From positions 1-64,000 of IMG/VR virus record IMGVR_UViG_3300045996_002431: 64,000 bases of DNA; one strand, written 5' to 3'. Positions 58,545-64,000 of this stretch are shown piece after piece; within the stretch, counting starts at the first letter, position 1; each line of letters begins with the position of its first letter. The notes beneath the pieces were generated by a model. The model was not told the origin of the DNA, ran no database searches, and saw nothing but the letters and a program-made list of their open reading frames with translations. Source of the stretch: a virus. Position numbers and translations under genes: made by a program.

Positions 58545-59311
58545 TAGCTAAGAAGTCCTGTTATTCGTTTAATGTCACCTTCTGAAATGTTCCATAGGGT
58601 GGTTTGATCTCCTTGTTTTGTCGACATGAATGACAACATCTTTTCGGTGATCACCTGAGTCATGGATTCAGGAAACTCTAATACGTCGGTAATAAGTGTT
58701 ACCGGAGTTGGGTACTTCAGGTATTCTATAGCAACGTATTTTCCGCCGATAGAAGGCCTGATTTCAATTTCGGGCGCGCTTGGGTTAGAGTATGTCGAAG
58801 ATGAGTAATCCGCGAAATCTCTGTAAGAAAACTGCCGAAGTCCACTTGTCGACGAAAATACCTCACTGCCCTCAAGGAATGGGTTCTTATGGTTAATGTT
58901 TGCTTGCTCGGATGTCTTCCTGGCTGCCGAATAATCACTCCTGACAAATGACTTGCCGGGCATGAACTTTGATTGATTAGGATCAGCAAGGGGGGCTATT
59001 GAGTTATTTGGGTGAAGCTGAGGTTCAGGATATACTCCAATTATGGTCCAAAGACTGTGACCGACATCTGCCGGATTGAAAGATACCCTGGAATATTGAT
59101 TGGCCTGGAATACTCGGACCTTAACAAGATCTCTAAGTTGTTCAGGCACAACCTTTTTCTTACCAAAAATTTCATTAAAAACCAGCACCAGCCACTCTAT
59201 GGCTGAGTTTATGTTTGGTTTATAGTCCTGGTCGAATTTGTAGTAGTCGTTATTTTCCGCGTCGAGGGCCGCAGCGCCTCTGTCAACTACCGTTTGTACT
59301 TGGATGGCCAT
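58544..59311 (-). CDS. Head-tail adaptor/ring protein
   Basis: IEYLKYPT......LEFPES pattern. Start moved to ATG 59311 because the upstream part overlaps a terminator. Confidence 0.65.
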   Translation of the reverse strand: MAIQVQTVVDRGAAALDAENNDYYKFDQDYKPNINSAIEWLVLVFNEIFGKKKVVPEQLRDLVKVRVFQANQYSRVSFNPADVGHSLWTIIGVYPEPQLHPNNSIAPLADPNQSKFMPGKSFVRSDYSAARKTSEQANINHKNPFLEGSEVFSSTSGLRQFSYRDFADYSSSTYSNPSAPEIEIRPSIGGKYVAIEYLKYPTPVTLITDVLEFPESMTQVITEKMLSFMSTKQGDQTTLWNISEGDIKRITGLLS

Positions 59312-59339
59312 TCCAGTAAATTTAACGAATTGAAACGGG

Positions 59340-59379
59340 AAAAGCAAAGCCCGATACATATCCTGATGTACCGGGCTTT
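59340..59379 (-). terminator. Intrinsic terminator-like hairpin
   Basis: AAAGCCCG...CGGGCTTT followed by GCTTTT on the - strand. Confidence 0.65.
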
Positions 59380-59411
59380 GAAACCCTTTCTACCGATGGT
59401 TAGATGGGTGA

Positions 59412-60218
59412 TTATGGATTGAAAGTAGTCTTTACTTCCAGTTGCTTCGCAAAGATATCTTTGAAGAAGTGTTGTTGTGCATCCTTATCGGCAGCGATTT
59501 CCTTTTTAACAGCTTCCAGGGCCAGGTAATTCTTCATGGCTGTGATGTCTGCTGATTTAGGATAACCGGCCTTATTGTACATGGTCACGATTTGAGCCGG
59601 TTCCATAGAAGCCAGCGCATTGATGTGCTTGGTGATCCTTGACGCGATATCGGCATTTACTTCCATAGCCTGCTTTGCAGTTTCAAAGAAGTGGATCCCG
59701 TACTTACTGTGGGCTCTTAACCATTCCTTCTCCTTTTTAGAGTAGCATGGGTATGTTGAATAAGAGTACAGGTCGTAATGATTTCCGTTTCTCACCTTCT
59801 GTGTAGCTTGGTGCATGAAGAAGATGGACTTGTTTACCGGTGGAATGATTGGCTTACCGTTGCGCTTGTCGTCGGTAATAACGTATCCGTATCCGTAAGA
59901 ATAGAATATGATCGGGTCTTCAAGAACATCTTCAGGATCGATTTCTTCCGCCGAATAGAATTTAAGCGGGTTTCCGATGTCCTGTAGATCGCTTTGTTGT
60001 TTGAACATCTTGGCTGCTAAAGTAGCAGCAAGTTCAGCAATATCCTGATTTCCTTGTCCGCCTTTTTGACGTTTAAGTTCAGCGATTTCTCGTTCTTGAT
60101 CTTCGAGTTTGCCTAATAATGTTTGTAGTAATTCTGCGGTTTTATCCGTGTTGGAGACAGAGGATTCTTCTCCGAGATTGCCAAGGTCATCGCTTGGCTT
60201 GTTGTTGCCTTTTGCCAT
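59412..60218 (-). CDS. Conserved head-module protein downstream of the capsid gene
   Basis: 268 aa ORF; function from position only. Confidence 0.55.
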   Translation of the reverse strand: MAKGNNKPSDDLGNLGEESSVSNTDKTAELLQTLLGKLEDQEREIAELKRQKGGQGNQDIAELAATLAAKMFKQQSDLQDIGNPLKFYSAEEIDPEDVLEDPIIFYSYGYGYVITDDKRNGKPIIPPVNKSIFFMHQATQKVRNGNHYDLYSYSTYPCYSKKEKEWLRAHSKYGIHFFETAKQAMEVNADIASRITKHINALASMEPAQIVTMYNKAGYPKSADITAMKNYLALEAVKKEIAADKDAQQHFFKDIFAKQLEVKTTFNP

Positions 60219-60245
60219 TTTTCTTTTATCTTAATCGTTATTATT

Positions 60246-60280
60246 AAAAAATAACCCCGACCGATGTAGCCGGGGTTATT
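60246..60280 (-). terminator. Intrinsic terminator after the major capsid gene
   Basis: AATAACCCCG...CGGGGTTATTTTTT on the - strand. Confidence 0.85.
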
Positions 60281-60293
60281 ATGTTTTTTAGGA

Positions 60294-61577
60294 CTATTGA
60301 ACGTCGATCCAAAAAGATGCAGGAGGGTTGTGGAATTGAAGACCCATCTGAGCCTCAACATACATATCCTGGAATCCTTCGCGAGAACCTTGTACACCTT
60401 TGTCAAGTGTGCTTTGCTCACCTGAGATGGTTGGGATTCCGCGCATTGATACCGGAGTGATTGTCTCCTGGTCAAGAACCAAGATACGACGCTTCCAAAT
60501 TGCAGGGAAACATGATGTTTCTTTGAACAATTCACAAGGAACTGTTACGAAACGCATTCCGCCGAATTCGTATTCTTTAAGATCAAGCTTCGCGATCTCA
60601 TCGTTCGGAGTGTAACGAAGACCTGGATCTTTGAAGATCTTGCTTAATTCATACAACATCTCTGCAGTAGCGTAGATAAAGCGAATTTCACCTTCAGCTT
60701 TGAAGTTTGTTGCGAAAGCAAGCGCCTCGAATGCAGGACGAAGACCGGCAAGAGTTGGGTTCGCGCTCATTGAACCAGCAGCTACCATTGTAGGGAAGAT
60801 ACCGCCTGTTGCTTTAGCGATATAACCGCTGGAGATTGCGAACTCACCGCGAGTACCGTTAAACAATGTATTGAACATGTCAATACGAAGTTGTTTAATC
60901 TTCTGCTCCTTGTCGATAACAAGATAATCAGTCTTGTTGCTGTTGATGTGCTTCTGAAGCTCGATACGGCCCCAACGAGAAGCGCGTAAGAAGAATTGAA
61001 CGTAGTTGTAACGCTCAACAACATCCATACGGCTGTAGTTAGAGAAGTATGTCATTGCATCAGCAACGATCGTAGACTGAGTTGAAAGAACTGTGGTTGC
61101 AGCGGCAGCAGGGATACCTAAAGAGGTTAATGAAGAAACTGTAACCTGATTACCGGGACCAACAACTGTGATCACTGCTTTTTCGTTTCCAGGGAAAATA
61201 AGAACTAAATCCGGAGTCACGAAAGACATTGAAGCTGCTGTAAGCGGAATTGTCTGAGTTACGTTAGTACCTGGCACTGCAGCAACGGCACCCGAACCGG
61301 GAGCGTCAACGATGATCGGTGAACGACCAAAGGTGTTCTCAAGGTAAGAGAATTCGTCGAGGTCTACTTCTTTGAAAGGTTTCGCAAAAAGCAGCTTTAA
61401 CGCGTTGTACAATTTTGGAGCAGCATCAAAAATCTCACGCTTAAGCGCTTTGGCGATCATGATACTCTCGTCAGGAGATTGACCTGAGTCTACCGAGTAA
61501 TTTGAGTTCTCGGGATTGACGTTGGTGTTACCATACGGTAGACCACCTAAGCCTGGGGTATAGTTAGTGTTTGACAT
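60294..61577 (-). CDS. Major capsid protein (HK97 fold, SU10/DUF5309-like)
   Basis: RYNYVQFF...DMFNTLFNG.R...TGGIF...VEAQMGLQFHNP; strongly biased codon usage; followed by a terminator; downstream of portal and scaffold. Confidence 0.85.
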   Translation of the reverse strand: MSNTNYTPGLGGLPYGNTNVNPENSNYSVDSGQSPDESIMIAKALKREIFDAAPKLYNALKLLFAKPFKEVDLDEFSYLENTFGRSPIIVDAPGSGAVAAVPGTNVTQTIPLTAASMSFVTPDLVLIFPGNEKAVITVVGPGNQVTVSSLTSLGIPAAAATTVLSTQSTIVADAMTYFSNYSRMDVVERYNYVQFFLRASRWGRIELQKHINSNKTDYLVIDKEQKIKQLRIDMFNTLFNGTRGEFAISSGYIAKATGGIFPTMVAAGSMSANPTLAGLRPAFEALAFATNFKAEGEIRFIYATAEMLYELSKIFKDPGLRYTPNDEIAKLDLKEYEFGGMRFVTVPCELFKETSCFPAIWKRRILVLDQETITPVSMRGIPTISGEQSTLDKGVQGSREGFQDMYVEAQMGLQFHNPPASFWIDVQ

Positions 61578-61602
61578 AATTAGTCTTTACTTTTTTTTGT
61601 TT

Positions 61603-62823
61603 TTAGAATGTTTTGTTTTGCTTCAAACCTTTCAAGAAATTCATTGCGCGTTTTCCATTTTCAGACAGCTCTTGTTTTTTATCGGCTGCGTTTCCGCTTG
61701 CGATTTTATCAGGAGCCTTTGAAACAAATTCTTCGCGAACTTCTGTCTCGGTTCGTTTTGTGGCGAAGTTCATGTACTGCTGGAGAGCCTCCATTCCATG
61801 TTTCGCCATTGTGAGTTTCATTGCAGCATCCGGCCTGAGTGAGCCCTTTTCATCTATGAATTCGGCAAGGATCGCATTCGCACCACCTTCAAGCGTCTTA
61901 GCGGAATCGTTTATGGCGATATCGCTAATTAAGGGAAGTGTTTTCCGAAGGTTTTCTACGGAACCGTTTATCGAAGCTTTATAAGCCTCCATTTGGGCTT
62001 TTTGCTTACCGACAATCTCGGCACGTTTACCATCGAAACTGCGTTTGTCAACATCATACTTGAGTTTGGCAGCATCATACGCTACTTCAAGTGCCTTATT
62101 CTCCTCTTCCGCGTCTGTAAAGTCATCTTTCGAAAACTTTCCAGGGAAGTAATGGTTAATAAGTTGTTCCTTGGAGTAATCGTCTACTTTCTTGTTGAAG
62201 TTGAGACCCGGATCCTTTTGGAATTGACTTTCCCAGTCTTCGCCCTGATCAAAGGCCATAACTGCGTTGAAAAGTTTTTCCGGCATGGTTTCGAAGAACT
62301 TGTCGTAACTTTCGACTTTCTTAGAAACATCTCCAAGTTTCTGAGCTTGTTCGCGCCATTTAGGAGCGATCTCGGTCAGGAACTTTTTTGCGTCATCAAC
62401 ACCGTAGTTCGATTTGACGTATTTTTCTATGTCAGAGAACTCTTTGAACTCTACCTGATTTTCACCAGGAGTTTCTTTTTTTCCACCAATTTTTTGTTTT
62501 CCAAAAAGTTTGGTTTCAATTTCAATATCTTTTTCGCCTTCGCCTGTCTTTGCAGCTCCCTCGCCAGGAGTCTGTTTGTCTTCCGGCTTTGCAGCAGGAG
62601 TTTCAGCAGGTTTTTGTTGTGGCGGCGTAGTATTATTCGGCGGAGTTGTATTTCCAGCCGGTTTTTTCAAGGACTCAACATCCTTTTTAAAATCATTTTC
62701 AGTCTTCATTCCGCTAAGAAAGGCAGAAGTGCCGGTTAGCTTTGGACTTGAAGTTTGTGAAGGAACGTTATTTTGTTGGCTTGCAACATTCTGCGTACCA
62801 GCATTTTGGTTTTCTGTAGACAT
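61603..62823 (-). CDS. Scaffold-like protein
   Basis: Disordered N-terminus, charged helical body, between portal and MCP. Confidence 0.65.
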   Translation of the reverse strand: MSTENQNAGTQNVASQQNNVPSQTSSPKLTGTSAFLSGMKTENDFKKDVESLKKPAGNTTPPNNTTPPQQKPAETPAAKPEDKQTPGEGAAKTGEGEKDIEIETKLFGKQKIGGKKETPGENQVEFKEFSDIEKYVKSNYGVDDAKKFLTEIAPKWREQAQKLGDVSKKVESYDKFFETMPEKLFNAVMAFDQGEDWESQFQKDPGLNFNKKVDDYSKEQLINHYFPGKFSKDDFTDAEEENKALEVAYDAAKLKYDVDKRSFDGKRAEIVGKQKAQMEAYKASINGSVENLRKTLPLISDIAINDSAKTLEGGANAILAEFIDEKGSLRPDAAMKLTMAKHGMEALQQYMNFATKRTETEVREEFVSKAPDKIASGNAADKKQELSENGKRAMNFLKGLKQNKTF

Positions 62824-62895
62824 GAATCTTTTATCTTAAATCAAGAGGTGTTGATTAAAGTTAATAAAAAATTCTTAATTACCAAAAGCGTGGCA

Positions 62896-64000
62896 CTATT
62901 GTTGAGTTTTGAGCGCCTGCGACATGGCTGCGATACGCTCTTTAGACTTTGTTTCCATTGCTGTTTTTGCAAGTGAATTCTGTTCCGCCATGTGTTGGCT
63001 CTGAAGATTGTTTAACTGATTCTGTTCTTCTCGAGCGCCTTGAAGCTTGTTTTGAGTGGCCATCTTGTTATACATGTCCTCGGTTTGAGCGGCCTGGTTT
63101 TTGATAGCCTGGCGACGCATTTCAAGTTTCTCTTTAGCGTATTGACGCATAGCCATGCCAACTTCAGAAGGAGTTGCACGACCCCAAAGATCAGCGATAC
63201 GAATATCATCAAGCATGTCGAGTTGCTTTAACTGCATCATTAAGTTGTTTGCTGCATTGATTAATACTTCGTCGACGTTCTCGCGAACTATGCTTGTTCT
63301 GAAGTCTTCTGACTTCATGTCTTTAGATATACGGATTATCTGAACACCCTCGTCACCAACCGCAATCGCCAACTCTCTTTCGTTATCGGCGTATAGGTTT
63401 TTTCCATAACTAACGATAGCCTGGTACATGCGTTTCATTTTTTCAGCTATCGCATTATAGAATGGCTCCTGCATTAAAGATCCTCTTTGGATCATTAACT
63501 GTGTTGTTCCGACTAATTGATCACTTCCGCCCTGCTGGCCCTGTAGAGCTTCGTTTACGCCGGTCATCCTGGTTGTGTAGTTATTTAATGTATCGATTAC
63601 ATTAAATAGTACCTGAGTGCCTTGACGAATGGTTCCGTCGTACTGGCCAACCATGTTTTGAATACCGCGGCCGCGAGCATTTACTGTCACCGGCCTGGAT
63701 TGATTCATTGCCCTTAGCGCTTCTGATTCTTCGTCCGGGTGATCGAATACTGACTTGTCAAGTATTGTTCCGGCTCCTCGGCTGTTGTTAATTTGGTTTT
63801 CCGCCACGGATAGTACGCGGTTGATTAACCTTTGAGGATCGATGGCGTCATCAACCGGAGCGATGACCTGTCCGTCAATGTAGTTCCATGTATAAATACA
63901 GAATGGGAATTTCGCGCTGTGAAAATCCATATTATCGGTTTCCTGGTAAGCTAAAACTCCGTAGTCAAGAATAATGTCTTTTTTATTGAATTGTGATTGG
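62896..64000 (-). CDS. Portal protein (5' part beyond the window)
   Basis: FPF......DG......DDAIDPQRLINR.LS...TGVNEALQG...GTTQL. The frame remains open to the window edge. Confidence 0.85.
   Translation of the reverse strand, partial: QSQFNKKDIILDYGVLAYQETDNMDFHSAKFPFCIYTWNYIDGQVIAPVDDAIDPQRLINRVLSVAENQINNSRGAGTILDKSVFDHPDEESEALRAMNQSRPVTVNARGRGIQNMVGQYDGTIRQGTQVLFNVIDTLNNYTTRMTGVNEALQGQQGGSDQLVGTTQLMIQRGSLMQEPFYNAIAEKMKRMYQAIVSYGKNLYADNERELAIAVGDEGVQIIRISKDMKSEDFRTSIVRENVDEVLINAANNLMMQLKQLDMLDDIRIADLWGRATPSEVGMAMRQYAKEKLEMRRQAIKNQAAQTEDMYNKMATQNKLQGAREEQNQLNNLQSQHMAEQNSLAKTAMETKSKERIAAMSQALKTQQ

Noticed and set aside
31648-64000. Stop-codon reassignment as in some crAss-like phages
   Set aside because: Virion genes are long and uninterrupted under the standard code, and no suppressor anticodon is visible.
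1-64000. Prophage or integrated element
   Set aside because: No integrase, att pair or flanking host housekeeping synteny is present in the window. Lifestyle cannot be decided from this slice.

Overview
This window is a 64 kb slice of a tailed dsDNA phage genome, most likely a podovirus of a Bacteroidota host. The host call rests on TAnnTTTG/A promoter elements, A-rich ribosome-binding regions without obvious SD motifs, and a BT4734/VirE-N primase domain. Layout: (i) 1-6.9 kb, small accessory genes plus a tRNA-like RNA; (ii) 6.9-8.1 kb, a non-coding divergent control region that may be the genome end; (iii) 8.1-31.6 kb, a + strand early/replication arm (NinG/NinB-like proteins, Cas4-like nuclease, SbcC-like ATPase, SNF2 helicase, beta clamp, MazG-like, primase-helicase, VRR-NUC, SSB, RyR-domain protein); (iv) 31.6-64 kb, a - strand virion/lysis arm in crAss-like order (portal, scaffold-like, major capsid, ring/adaptor proteins, tail stabilisation protein, ejection proteins, fibres, CHAP endolysin). 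No virion RNA polymerase motif, DNA polymerase, integrase or terminase is visible in the window. The best candidate for an undescribed system is an ORF-free 560-nt cluster of four structured RNAs at 21.94-22.48 kb: an H-type pseudoknot, two multibranch RNAs, and a tRNA-Leu-like scaffold with a broken anticodon loop and a 151-nt folded insert in the variable arm. Other notable items are a second anticodon-defective tRNA, a promoter/terminator-bounded sRNA, a 3089-aa polyvalent ejection protein with a permuted zeta-toxin-like kinase, and stand-alone DnaA-IV and FtsK-gamma domains. All protein calls are by-eye motif recognition; no database searches or folding programs were run.
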